A stretch of 64,000 nucleotides of DNA from Octopus sinensis (taxonomy: Eukaryota): contig NC_042999.1 in NCBI RefSeq assembly GCF_006345805.1, forward strand, positions 172,732,001 to 172,796,000, written 5' to 3'. The first letter of the stretch is position 1. The number at the start of each line of letters is the position of its first letter. Of the stretch, positions 41,639-56,100 are shown piece after piece. Position numbers and translations under genes: made by a program. Under the pieces are notes generated by a model. The model was not told the origin of the DNA, did no database searches, and saw nothing but the letters and a program-made list of their open reading frames with translations.

Positions 41639-44600
41639 CAGAGCCCTCATTTATTCCGTTGTATTTGTAAGTTTGTTCCTGCTCGAGTTCTTTTTATAAC
41701 TACGTCAACATCTAACACCACTGAACGTGCGGTCTTCAATTTCCTCTTCTGAAAAGTGACCTTGGCACATTTATCCAGATCAAATTCCATCCTGATGTCA
41801 TCACTGAATGCTTTCACATTACGTAGTAGTCCTTCAAGCTCATTATCGTCTTTGCCGTAGAGAGTTTGAGGTCATCCATTATTATTACTGTTGTTATTGC
41901 TTTTCCTCTCCTTTTTCTTCTTTTTCCTTTTCTTTTCTTGTTCATCTACTTATTGTTGCTTTTTGTTTAAAACATTTAGATTCGGCAACTTAAAATTTCG
42001 CAGATCTATGCTGGTTTTCTGCCAGAGAAATTTAAGCCGTATGAAGCCGAATCAATGTGTAGAGATAATAATTGAATTGAAATGTTTATCGTTATCTTTA
42101 ATTATGTTTAAATTCAATGTCGAGATGTTGCTGAGTTTGGTGGGAGATAGTGAGGTATACTCAAGCATATGAGCAGATCCGAACATGTTTAGATTTTACT
42201 CCTGTAAAGTCAGCCAAAGTTGTAAAATATTTTGTTAAATCACCAAAGTAAGGCATTGAGGGAGTCGAATCCAGAACGTAGACAGGGACTCAATTACCAC
42301 AAAACGATAAAATATAAAATAGTTTTACATGAAGTTATTTTTCTACTCAGCAATGAAAAGATAAACTCACAGGGTTTCCAGTTTAAAATGCTCTCGGAAT
42401 TCTAAACAAAAAACTGCGTGTTCTCACAAAATATACAACAATGTTTGTGAATGGACACAACCGGGACTACTTCAGCCAAGTCATATATCAAGAAAAAAAT
42501 ACAGGGAGGAAAAACCCTCACTCAAAAGAGTAATAACCAAACAATTTCACTTTGAACATCATAGCTCAAGCGCAGGCGTTCTAATATTTGCGGTCTCTTC
42601 AGCAATGAAGAATATATATTGAAACTGTTCTAACCCGCCCCTACAAAACTTCGCTAACTGAAATCTTTAATGTACCTATATCTTTAATGCAGCTAATGAA
42701 ATGTAAACTAAATATTTTTCTCCTATTCAGATATTTCTATCTCTATTTCTCCACCCCAACCTCACAAGCTTTCCTTTGCAGTGCATATAAAATAGTTAAT
42801 GCTCCTTTCGTTACTTCGTACTGAATAGATTCGACCAAAATATGTTTTCTATCTTCGAATCGTAAGCAAAAGAAAATAATAAAATTTGCTGCATAAATAA
42901 TACATGACGTACTTCATTTCAATTCAATTCATCTATCTCAATGACGAACAAAATGTGATATACTCAGAGATGAACAATAAAATCGAGAGCTGATATTAGT
43001 TGCTTGTCATTGAAAAATATCAAATATATAACAATTCATACACGTTCAATCGTAAACAATATCTAAACTACTGATTGGCTGATGATTTCATTCTTTAGAA
43101 TAAATTGTAGTTGGAGTTCATTAGTGAATTATTCGTTGTTGCTTTTGTCGTTGTTGTTAAATTGTTGTTTTTGTTGTTGTTGTTTCCGTTGTTATCTCGA
43201 AATCAGCAGATTTATGGTACTTAACAAGAGTACTATCATTAACAGATCTTGCTCTTCATATTTACCCTGCCCCTTACGTTTTGAAGTCCACTCTACAATT
43301 ATTGGTATGCATTGTTTTATATTTTGGTTGCCGGTCAGAAGAGGCATTTTTTTTCTAAATATCTGGTGATGTCGACAAAGTTTTTAAACTATTATTTAGT
43401 ATCACTAGATGGATAACAATGGCTGTGATTCTGTACAAGTTTCTTATTTTTCCCATAATGTACACACATTTTTTGTCGTTAATGATATTTCTGCTTCTGA
43501 TTTTTATGTACTTCTTGTCTTTGTCTGGACATAATGCAGCGGGCAATATTTTAATCGGATATTTAGTATTATTTTTATAAATAGGTAAAGGGGAAAGGAT
43601 TTGGAATTTATCTTGATGCTCTAGTTATTAGGATTGTGCTAATATTGGAATTTATTTTTCCTTAAGAGGAATTCTGTGTCCGGGATTTGTGTATAACTGC
43701 TTCTTGATAATTACCAATGCACCGACTGGAGCTAGGAAGGAGAATTCTATTTCTAAACTTCAAGGAATTGCTAAAGAGAGTACTTATGTCTATGATTTTC
43801 TTTTTTTTATTATTATTTTTAGCTATTTAAGTATTACTACAATTTTGAGAAGTGTTCAGGTTTGTTGATTTTGCAATTCTAGTAATTTGTTGATTGTAAT
43901 ATTTGTCATGTATACTTCGATTACGTCCTGACAAATATCAGTACTTTTATAGTATACACTTAATGAGACTAATACCATAAGTAGATTAGAAGGTGTCCAT
44001 CGTGTGTGTTTAGTTCTACTTAATGTTTCAATTTTTACTGTGGCGTGAAAAGCATTTGATTGTTGATTGAGTGTAAGCATTGTTAATTATGGCAGAATAG
44101 CTTCCCTTGTGATTTATGCTTGGTATAAATACACATTAGTTTTTATGTATCCTTTACTTCATTTTATTACTACTTTGTTTTGATGCTCACTGCTGCGTTT
44201 TATTTCGTTATGTGTAATGTTATTGCAAACAAGTTTTAACTTAATAACTAATGTGTTTGTATAGTTAGAATGATAGTATGTATAGTATAACTCACGTGAA
44301 TGTTAATTGTGTTATCGCTGTCAGCTTAGGCCTATATCTTGCATGCTATAGGCTGATGTCATTGTTAGCCATGCTTTCTATTCTGGGGTCGTTATGTTCA
44401 TATTCGCATTTAGAATGATCGCTGTCACAATATCAACAAAATAATATCAGATAGACTAAGGATAGTGTCAGTCCACTGGAACTAATCATGTGATAATATC
44501 AAACATCTGAGATTGCAACATATTCATTATCTCTTTTCATGTTGTTAGATAGTGCAAGAAATGTAACCTGGCATAACTACGATCAAGATAAAATTATTTC

Positions 44601-47067
44601 ATTTCTGAAACTTCCAAGTTTATATGCAGATGAATCTTCTTTTGACTGATGTCTCCTTATCAAAGATTTACCAAAAATAATTTCACCATCTTCATTAACT
44701 ATAGTAATATGATAAAATATTAGTTTGTATCATCGACAATACTGAATGACAAATACGCTTTCATTTTACTGAAAAAAGGTTTTCAAGGATACAAAATATT
44801 GTATGCTATTGGGTATTATCGGTATTTTTTTTACTGTTCCATTTTTAATTTTGAGGAGTACCAACTGGAGGCTCTTTTAACCATGCAGCTTCTTATCAGA
44901 AGGATGAAAACACAAAGATAGACGCCTGTGTGAAATACAGAGTATTAATTAAAATCAAATAGTTATTGTTTTCCTGTATGTTTATGTTTTTTGTTATATA
45001 CGAATATAATTAGGTTTAAAAAGTTAACAAATAATCTGTGCAGTTTTCAGCCATTTATATACTCTGAAACATTTTGTGATCATATTATTCACAAAAATAT
45101 ATTCACAACCTAAAATATATCAAGGCGTAAAGCATGGACCGATAATATATAAAAAAATATCTTATCCTTTTAACTTAGTATATCGTTATCTAATTAGAGT
45201 CACATATTTGCACGCTACTTCAACCTGAATTTCCCAACTACTAAAACATTTGTTGTATATAATGTGATCCAGCTTGATTGATTTTCTTTTTACATTTGGC
45301 AAGGATTCTATAGTATCTCAGAAAGTATTGAATATACGATTTCTTTACCAATGGTTACTAAGCAAGATATAAAAAAATAACGTTTTTTCTTTGTCTTTGA
45401 CAATGCTACATTTTTAGCAGATATTTGAAGATATTGAAGAATATGCGTGCTAAGCGAAATAAGAGTTACAGTTACTATAAATGTCGAGCAATAAAAATAT
45501 TGATAAAGCATTTAGTCACAAAACTGTACATAGCATATTTTAGCAGTTAAAATAATTATCTTGGTTCGTGTTGCTTCGTGATTATAGCATTCGATTTATG
45601 GTCATAATCTCGTGTATTCAGTTAATCCACCGAGCGACGCAATTTGTCCTTAAGCAAGGCGCACTGATTTGCTTTACACTTATCCATTTAGCTATGACAG
45701 GATCAAGACGAAATGTGTGCAGTTCTCTTGCCCTTGAACTATAATACCTTGGATCTTCCACTGAATCAAATATGACAGCATCGAGAAGGTTTCTGCCTGT
45801 TTCAAAATACATAAGAACCGAATACAACTAGCGAAAGCTTTTTATATCTTAATGTGTCATATTTTCCTGCAACTGATGGGTGTCTTTACTTGTACACTTG
45901 AAAAAATAAGTAGTAGACAAACAAAACGGGAGCATCATAAATTAAATACTTCACTTTTCATTATTAATGTTGGTATATTACCTCAGACATTTCTGCCAAT
46001 TACAGAGCACGAAGAGGCTCACGTAGACACTAAATCTTCTGTACAATCTATCCTTTTCAATCAATCGTTTAATTTCCAGAGATGATATTTGGTTCATCTT
46101 AAACATTGCAATAAAAATTTCACGAGCTGCCTTGTACAGGATTACTTAATCTTCGCTTGTATATTTTATCTACCTTTAGTATCTTCTAGAATATTCTAGC
46201 TAGCGTGTCGATCGGATATCAGAATCTTAGCCGAATTAGATAGATATGATTAATAATGACGTTATTATCTCTTGGCAATGCCTTTGAAGAAGCAATCATT
46301 AGCTTAAACATTTACAATCCCCACATACACAAGCACTGCAGGGTAGTACAAAGTATGGATGTGTATATATGCACGTCATTTTAAACTCTTATTCATGTAA
46401 AAGATATAAAACTTACTAATTCATATATATGTAACGAGAGAGAGAGAGAGTCAATTTAGCTTGTTTTATATCCATGAGTGTGGTGTAAAATTACTGTGTA
46501 TATAGGAAGAGAGGAAAATATCCTTGTTGATCTCTGTGAACGCTTGCAGAAATAAACAAATCAAAGGCTAATAGGTTTTGATACGAATTATTAAATCCAA
46601 TTTTGTTTTACTCTACAGATTAATTTACAGCCATGCAAAAATTTACACTGCAAATTCTGCAATTAAACAAATTAATATTCCATGTTTATTAACATGTAGA
46701 ATCAGTGATCAAATGTGAATAAGAAATATTATTACAGCCTCTAAATATTTAGCATATTTAAATCGCATTTTACCGTAATTATCACAGCGAACATAAAATT
46801 ATTGAACTCTTAAATTATATTAACGACTGTTTTACTGAAATGAAAGTCCTGTAATAAGAGAATTTTGCTTTAAGCATTTAAAGAATAAGAAGGCGGTACT
46901 TCATAGGCGTTTCTAATTAAATCGAATCTAAGTGCAACTTTTACATATTTTATATTTTATATTTTATATTTTATATTTTATTTCATGTCAATATGCACAC
47001 TCTTGCCAAGTCGAGTACATTCTTTCTATCTCCTGTTCGTCTGTCTGTCTATGTGTTCATTTGATTC

Positions 47068-47215
<148 letters not shown>

Positions 47216-49457
47216 AACATACATGCATACATATATATTACGCACATGAAAAATTATCAATATCTTTCAATCAGACTCTCTAACATCTATCTAGATCCTT
47301 CGCTTTGCCCTTTTGCTCTCAGCACGACTGATTATTTCGAACACCATATGGAATATAACATATGAATTCTGATTTCCTCTTTAGATAAGTTAAATAAACC
47401 TGGTTTTCTCATGGACCACTAAACGTGAAAACGTGACGTTGTTATCTTTGAGGCAAATCTCGTTTTTCAGTGCGTGATTTGTCGGGACTAGAATTTTTTT
47501 AAAACGCATCGAATATATTAATAACAGACACACAAGTAAGGGCGTCCACAATATGTGTTACAAAATCGTATTATCAGTGTAAGAATTTTGATATTATATA
47601 ATGTTAAGTCTACAGATTTTATCGAATATGTAATTGCGTATTCAAAATAAACACGTTTGGAATAGTCAGTCTTTTACTGTGCGATTGGTCACCATTCGAG
47701 AGTAATTTCTATATGCCATACACTGACTGAATTCAAAATAACTTACCTCGAATATCATTTTGCATCAATTAGCCAACTAAAGCAAGAAAGATATAAAAGG
47801 TTAAAGATCCATGTGTGGCAGCATAATATCTACTACGTTATAGAATAATCATTACAGGATGTAATATTCAGTTAGTCGGAGTATATTAACAGAAAACCAT
47901 TGAAAGCTGTTCCAAGAATTTGAATTATGGGAAGGTTCTACCGTATAAACAGGGTTTAAATTAATTTCGTCAGCAAGCAAAGGCAAAAATGCGTTCACTT
48001 TTTTTAACGATGAGCTGCCCTAGTAACATCAGGTCAGCTCGTCCTACCCTTACAATCCATTCTGTTTTCACATATTTTACGTAGCACTACAGTATCACAC
48101 GAGTCATTCTGATTTTAATATGACTATCATATGACTTGAGGGAGATCGACTACCATTTCTAGTGGTTAAGTCAATGTGTATACATTCACTCATTTGCTCG
48201 TTTCTGTGCATTGTAAAGATGCATTAGGGCAACTAATATATTGTACGTCAAAACCGGTGTAATTTTTCATTTGAATGCACTGAGCAACATTCATTGTTGT
48301 ATAGACTTCAATTAAGTGACACATGCATTGAATAGAATGCTTGGTAGAATTAATGAAGAGGAGAAAAGAAATAAATTATTAACCGATCGCTTCAGGATCT
48401 TGATAATTGTTAGAACAGCTGTAATTATTGAAAGAAATTTAGCAAGTGCTATAATTACACACATCCGATTACGTGCAAATGTTCACGTAGTACCACAAAT
48501 ATACTGAATCACGTGAGGTTTCTTCCAGGATCTATACCTGAACATCTTAAAAGAATTTATATGTAACCTCGAAGTGAATTCAAAAATACATTTATGAAAT
48601 TCGCCAAAATTTGTAACAATCACAATTACATATAAAACCTATGATAAGTTTAGGTTAGGCGAGAATTCTTGATGAAGATTACGGTTCTAGTTACTTGTAC
48701 AAACACACGTGTTTAAATTTGTATTAAAACACATACTTAATAATACACACATCTATTTAGTTGCCCACTAGATGCTCACCTATTTAGAGGATTACAAGAA
48801 TATCGTAAACTACTGAGATTTCAGATAAATACATCACGTTTTTCCGTGTGAATTTCTCAGTATAAATGTCCTACGACATAAATTTGATGTAAACACGTAC
48901 ATAGAGGTCTATATATGACTTGTACTTATTTTATCAAGACAAATAATAAAATGTCAGAAGATAAAAAAACAAAAGAAATACAGCTAAGCATTTTGTCTAA
49001 CGTAATAACGATTGTGCCAGCTCGATGCCTTCATTGGCTTCCAAATTTAGTGGCGCAAATTTAAGGGTTAGGACTAATCGATTAAATCGACTCCAGTACT
49101 CACTCATACTATAAACTCGAAGCAGGCTGAATCTTACGAACTATATTTTGACCAAACAGTGCATGGCTTAAATGTCACGGTTTCGTGAGCACGCCAATTA
49201 AGTTAGAACAGTATTTCCACCAATGGCTTAGATTTCAGTGGTTGGTGAATGCGCCAACTTGGTTAGCTTTTATCCCGCTTTTTGCATCGCAATATTTTAG
49301 CCAGTTGCAATCGAAAAAGGTAGGCTGGTATACAAGGGTAACTGCTTATCTTGGTTTTCCATAAACAACCTTGCTCGGACTTGTGCCCTGGAGGGTAACA
49401 TTCAAGATCCAATCACATTGTCATCCATGAACGGAAGGGGTCTTCACACTTTAATCG

Positions 49458-49501
<44 letters not shown>

Positions 49502-49784
49502 CTGTGTTGCATTATCAGTGCAGATGTGTCTCTTCAACTGACTTGTCAAATGATACCTCGATTTTTAATCTCCGTTTCGCTTATTTCAAGTAGAATACAT
49601 TTTTTCTGGTAGTTGGCTTTTGCTGTTCGAATCCACGAGAAACTTGAGTTTAAATGAAGGCCACATCTTGTATGAATAATAAACTGACTTTCATAGAAAC
49701 AAAAAAATGAAATAAGTATGAAATAAAGAAAAGGATTAAATATTACGTTTTAAATGAAATCATCAAGCAATATATATATATATG

Positions 49785-49990
49785 ACACTGGGGTAAAATA
49801 TACGAAGCCCAATATACCCATCATGACTATCCGTCTGATAAGGGTACACCAAGCACATGCATCAAAACCATATGTGCGCGACATGGTGATCTCATATCAA
49901 GATAAACAGCACATGACCTTGCAGGTGGGGCCCAGTTAGAATTTTCTTCAGGTTGAGTAGCCCATCCCGCTCAAAAGGTCCCTGAATAAG
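49785..49990 (-). mobile_element. Partial second copy of the ~555-bp element
   Basis: GGGGTAAAATATACGAAGCCCAATATA...AAAAGGTCCCTGAATAAG matches 40115-40315. Confidence 0.85.
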
Positions 49991-49992
49991 AG

Positions 49993-50813
49993 TTTTTTGT
50001 GTCGTCTCTTTGTGTGTTTTTGCGTTCTTGTCCCACTTTGTAATTTATAATTTATATTTAATTTCTATACATATATTATTGCGGCGTAACGTACCCCTAT
50101 CTCCTATATATGCACATTCCACCTTGTACGACGTCTTTACACACACTCTCTCTATAGTCTGTGTCTTTCTCTTTCCTTGCCTCTGATTCTTCCCCCATTC
50201 TTATTTGCACCGTCATTTCTATTGCTAAGCCAATCCTGTTTCTTCTCCCCTCTTTAATTCCTTCCTTCTCTCTCTCTCCCCCTGGTGCCTTCGTCCCTTT
50301 CTTTCTCTCTCTCTTTGATTCCTTGGCCCCTGCTTTTCTGTCTCTTTCTTCCGTGCTCTCACGTGACCGCCTTCAAACTGGTCTTTCCGGCTCGACCGCT
50401 GCCATTTTAACACTGTTGTTTTCGTTTGCCGCAAAGGCATTTTTCAAATACGCCAGCTAAGATATGTTATAAATTGTCTGAAGTCGTAAGACACCCGCAG
50501 TTTTTTTCCTGTTTACTATTCTTGTTTTTTATTTCTATTTTTTGTTTCTTGTATTTATATTCGTGTGGCATCCTGTCCTTGTTTCGTATACATTCGATCC
50601 TCTTTCCAAGAAATCTAATGCCCGTGGCTTAGGTTTACTTTGGGGCTGGCCGGATCGGCGCGATATCGAGATTAAACAGCCGAATTTGCTAAGATGATCC
50701 GGTTCCCGACTGAAGATTAGAGGCTTCGAGTAACCCGTCTGATTTTTTGTGTCGTCTCTTTGTGTGTTTTTGCGTTCTTGTCCCACTTTGTAATTTATAA
50801 TTTATATTTAATT

Positions 50814-50814
<1 letters not shown>
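49993..50814. mobile_element. ~750-bp unit with 72-bp terminal direct repeats followed by (TA)n; unclassified, possibly a Penelope-like pseudo-LTR unit
   Basis: 49993-50064 is identical to 50743-50814; CT-rich interior; no ORF; classification is inference. Confidence 0.5.
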
Positions 50815-50889
<75 letters not shown>

Positions 50890-51249
50890 TACTGTTACTC
50901 TGCCCTTCGGATCTTTGAGAATTTTTTCAAGTTTTATACAAAACTCTCGTAAAGGGTGATTGTGAAAAACAAGAAAAAAAAAAGAAAAACCAGTTTCATA
51001 TTTGATACTCCCTTGATAGCTCTTGCGGGAATTTGAAATAGATTTAAACATCTCAAAGCTGCAGAATCAAATCTTTTAGAAGGAAAGACACTCTAAATCT
51101 CTTATGAAATTCTGTTACTGTTTAAAATTTTGAAAACTCACTGTAAAAGATTTTTAAAGAAACTTATCTTGATTTTGTTTTGAACATACGATACCTTGAC
51201 TCACGTAAGAACCCTACAAATACTGTTTGCACATATTCGCACACGACCA

Positions 51250-51360
51250 TCTATGTCGAAGGAGGTGGCAAGTCGATTACATCGACTCCAACAGAGATGA
51301 AAGGCAAAGTGGATCTCGGAAGAATTTTACCTCAGAAAGTAAAGACGGACGAAAACTAAA
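51250..51360 (-). mobile_element. SINE family A fragment
   Basis: GATGAAAGGCAAAGTGGATCTCGGAAGAATTTTACCTCAGAA is the reverse complement of the core. Confidence 0.65.
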
Positions 51361-52822
51361 TAAAAGCTGACAAAACTTTGAAGCATTTTTTCATCAGTGT
51401 TTATAAATTAATGCTTCCACTCAGAATATACAATGAACAGCTGGTGGGAAATTTTCACAATATCTACAGCTGCATGCTTGGAATTGGTTAAAATATATCT
51501 TCACTGTTTCATTGCACCGTGCATCATTCTAAACACTAATATGACGAACTATATATAATCTTAATGGTTAACCTTAATATTCTTCCTAGTTCATGCGTTT
51601 CTATCCTCATGTGCCGACAGAAAATGGTAATCAATCACATTATAGAATTCCTTTGCTATATTAATTATTATTGCAAGATTAAGAACTAGATTACCCATTA
51701 AATTATTCCTTTAATGTATTATTAATCGTACGCTTATTGTTTTCAGCCTTTTTACATTTCTTATCGGCGAATCTACTTTCTGAGCGCTTCGTATAATACC
51801 GACATGCTCCAATAAATGTAACTTTCTTGAGGGATAACGAAGATACTTGCTTACGAATATTGTCGGCTAAGTTTTTCAAGAGGATGGTCGGCTAGCATTT
51901 TTAATGTACTGCAAGAAAACTTTAGGGGGAGAAAATTATTTTCGCAAATATATTTCTGCTAACTATATATAAAACTGGTTTAATAACCCTCTCACTGATG
52001 GGTATTTATCTACACGTAAAGTTACTCTTAAAATTTTTATGTTCTTTAGGTCTTATGAAAGCGAATCGTCCTGTAGACAGCCTTTCTTTTAGTTTTGCGG
52101 CTATATCCTTGGTTTCTAAATTAATTGATTTACAAGCTTAGCATCGTTTTTGACTTTCTATAAATGTTCATTGTATTATTCAATAAAACCCTTTTATAAA
52201 TTTTATCATCTGAACTATAAAGTTCTTTGTTCTATCAGAGGGTACATGCGTTATATTAGATTTCCATAGAGACGGTAAAATATTCTTAGAACTTATTTGA
52301 AAGCTTTTGGGCATTTTACGAAATGGTGATTGATTTGAAGATGTTTGAAAGATCCCCTTTAAATGTTTGTCTATATTTGCTAAACATTGTTCAAGAACTT
52401 TTTACGCCATCTCAATAATATGTGATCATTCGATTTCTGCTACATACATTTTATAGATTTCTTTGAGAACAATACGATGTACTCAACTGAGAAATCAAAC
52501 TGATGATTTCTTTCTGATTAGTTAAGTTTATCAGTTGCCGGGCACAGTACGACTTTTTAAAAATGAGTTATAAGAATTTCTGGTGCTTCACAGAAAAGAT
52601 AACTTACAGTTCTCCATACGCAAAGTAGTCTTCTTAAATATATCTTTACACATATATAAGCATGTATACATATATATTCATATACATATATACGAGGATA
52701 AAGCCGAAAAATGCAGAAGTGATTATAAATTTTTCATTCAATGATGCAGGTTGCTTAAATTGCGTATGTTCTTCTATGTAAAGTTATTAAGCATTGTGAT
52801 GTGAAGCCAGAGCGATGCATGA

Positions 52823-52857
52823 GGGCGGGTCAGTGTCGTACCCATTTCTTCTCAGTC
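52823..52857 (+). promoter_or_regulatory. Candidate core promoter of the CCN-like gene (GC box plus Inr-like TCAGT motifs)
   Basis: GGGCGG at 52823-52828, TCAGTG at 52830 and TCAGTC at 52852, about 185 nt upstream of the ATG; motif-only evidence. Confidence 0.3.
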
Positions 52858-53037
52858 ACGTTCATCTCGCCAATGCTTTCAACTAATTTTTATCTAAGAA
52901 TTTTCTTCATTGGACCGACCAGGTAGAAGTTACTGCGCGAACAACCCAATTTTCTGTACAGTCAACTGAACAGCTCTACTTGGTGATACATGATTTGTTG
53001 TCAAAACGTAGTGTGCTTCCTCATTGTCTTGGTGAAT

Positions 53038-53148
53038 ATGAATCATTTTCAGAATCTAATTTGGTCTCTCTGTGTGCCTTTTGTGTGTCTCTATATAACG
53101 CTGGTTGTTCAGAATTTTAGAATAATCATACCAAGTGAGCCAATTTCT
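53038..53148 (+). CDS. CCN: CCN-family gene, probable first coding exon (signal peptide)
   Basis: ATG 53038 reads MNHFQNLIWSLCVPFVCLYITLVVQNFRIIIPSEPIS with a hydrophobic core and ends at a consensus donor TCT|GTAAGT (intron starts 53149) in phase 0, matching the phase-0 start of the IGFBP exon. An in-frame upstream ATG at 52990 is an alternative start. Confidence 0.65.
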
Positions 53149-56100
53149 GTAAGTAGGCCTGATGATGCGATTCGGGTTAAATTTTTTCCGTGTTTTAAGT
53201 TCAATAGCCCTAATCTTGCCAAACATCCGATCACATAACATTAATGTTGCTGCGTACCGGTATAATAAAACCACTGTAAATTAGAAATTTATTTATGAGA
53301 AAAATGTGAGGTCCATATGATTTTATAATAGCGTTGTATTTCATTCTTTGTTTCAAATTTTTCAAATTACGTCATAGGATATATTTTCGTTCACCTCTAA
53401 TGCCATTGAAGGAAATGTGTCTAGATATATGTGTAGTTCTCTCATGTTCTAAAAGTCAGAACATATATCCATCTAAACCGGACAAAAGTCATTTTCATTT
53501 CATTCATACAGACATATAATTTTAGATTAGATAGAAAAAGTTGTGTTAGGTCGATTTTTCTACATATAAGCTTTAAGATAAATTTTCCGTCAAATTCTTT
53601 CAATACAAATGACAGGTATCTACTAAAATTGTTAATTGGATGACTGGGACAGTTATGCTTTCAGATGCATCGTTATTATTCAATATTCTATTAGTGATAA
53701 TCACACCAATTCGGGATGATGGCTTCGCGTGAATTATGATACGATACATGAAGCTCGTACCCATGTGTAAGCTTACAATGCTTTCTTGTAATGCAGTCGT
53801 ACTACAACCATTTCCTACATTGCGGTGGAAACTCTGACAAGCACATTTTAATCCAAAATTGTTCAGCACCTACCCAAAGATAGTTGTTTCTTCAAGTGTG
53901 ATGATATATTTCTTATCACAAAAATTTTAAGACAGGTTATATGCATTTTATACATTAGTCTCTGCTAGACCCGGAATTTGTGTATTTCATTGATTTGAAG
54001 TAACACTTTTGATTCGATCAGCGTCGATTAGCAAAATATTTTTACACCTCTACTAAAAGATTGCTTATAACGTTCGACGAGATATCTCCAATCAAATTCA
54101 AGATTTTGACCCCGGGACATACCAGTGAAGTTTTTCTTCTCCGTGCCTTCCTTATCGGAACACTTTGAATCACATTCTCCGTGGCGCCGTCAGTAATGTT
54201 GTTTGCTTACAGTGGAATACAATAATATTTCTTTCGGCTTTCTTCTTGTTACACTATACCTGAATGAATTCCTTTTACCAAACCCCGAAACTTTTCACCA
54301 TTGTAAATCCGTATCTTTCTGTGAAGAATTCTTTGTGATAATTTATCGATTGCCCTCTCAAATGTCTGTTAGCCGTGAATTAATTTCGATCAAATTACTT
54401 CTTATTTTTCTTTTGGTTACCATCTGATACCGTAGCTTTACACTGCCAGTTTTTAACTCCAACTTAAGGAGGATTAATTTGCACCTAAGAATTTTAATGG
54501 TTCCAAATATACTTTATTGTTAGTGAGGGAAGTCAGCGGTTAATTTGCATGTGATAAGTAACACTACGAAAATAAGCGTTTTTTTCAGAATAAATCACTT
54601 TTTCCATTTACAAAATTCAGTATTTACTTTTTGCATTTCTTCATTATTTCCAAGTTAGTATTATACATGCGTGTATACATGCATGCATGCGTGCATGTAA
54701 GTACGCATATATGCACATACGTGTTTTAACCGAAGTGATGTGCAGAAAATAAAGCGAATGGCAACTGAACACAATCCCGACAATGCAATAATATCTGTAA
54801 TTCAAATGGCTAACTTTTTCATACACTGTCACTTGGATTCTGCAAATAATTATTTTAAATCACTCTATAATCCAATGAATGTGATGTATATTTGATGTAA
54901 AATTGAAATAATCATTGCGGGAACCAACTTAAGAGCTATTTACTTTGCTTATATACATTGATACACATACATACACACTGCAAACACACACACATACACA
55001 TACACACTCACATACGCACACACACAATTATATACACATATAGTGTAAATGTGTGTTTGTGTGTGAATGTATTTATGTTTGTATATCTATTGTTAAAATA
55101 GTTCAGTAGTTCAGAGACAGAGAGAAAAAGGGAGAGAGAGAGAGAGAGAGAGAGAGAGCGTAGGAGATTAGGTTAAATTTTGAGTTATTTACAATCATAT
55201 CTGCATTTCATGTCAACTCACATATATAAACATACCTTTACAACTTTGCAATTACGCATACGTTACGCAGAATTGATAAACTGTGCTCGCTATAACTATG
55301 TTCATATTTACTTCAGATCGTATTCCAAATATTCGTAAATCCTCTAATGTTTCCCTCATAACCAAATGTAATATCTTTCAAAAATATTAAATATACTGAA
55401 ATTATAAAGATGCCATAGTTTACATTAATACTCGAAATAGCTATATATTCTAATCTTTATTCCACTTAAATACATTGAATATGTTTCACTGCAACATCCA
55501 CAGAAATAAATTAAGAAGTAAAATATTGAAACTCTCTTCTAGGTTTCGTTCAATTCTTATCTGTCCTTCAACAAATTATATTTCTCTACATTACTTTCTT
55601 ATAGCTATACATTTACGCAATTATAAAATTTGGTTTAAGAAAGATAAGTGAATATTTTTTTTTCCTGTTCAACATTTACTACATGTAATGGCCAATTATT
55701 TCCATCACTGATACATTCTTAAAATATTTTCCGCTCCGTTCTGTTTTTTCGTCAGACTATTATATTTCTTTGTACATATTTTCTCAGTAATCGCATTGAA
55801 AATCTACAAAAAAAAATGAAAGCAGGCAATCCCAAACAGAATATTACAATTCTGATCAATTTTTGTTTTTAATATGTCATACGCTTCACAAATTCGTTTG
55901 GCACCGAGAGCTGTTTAAATCTAATTATTCTATACCATGTGTTATTCAAGAGGAAGACAAAACCATTGTTTGACTTCCATTACACAGTGGAGATAGCTGA
56001 AGGAATAAGTGCAAGTATTTTGCATTTGTAAATCTAGTTGCTTCAGTAACGACTTTCAACGAGAGGTTTTGTCTATGTACTAATTATTCGTGTGTTATTT

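Noticed and set aside
45618-45827. 69-aa minus ORF with AG/GT candidates
   Set aside because: No recognisable domain or partner exons.
53149-53238. Continuation of ORF 52990-53238 past the GTAAGT donor
   Set aside because: Interpreted as intron read-through; the phase-0 donor matches the IGFBP exon.
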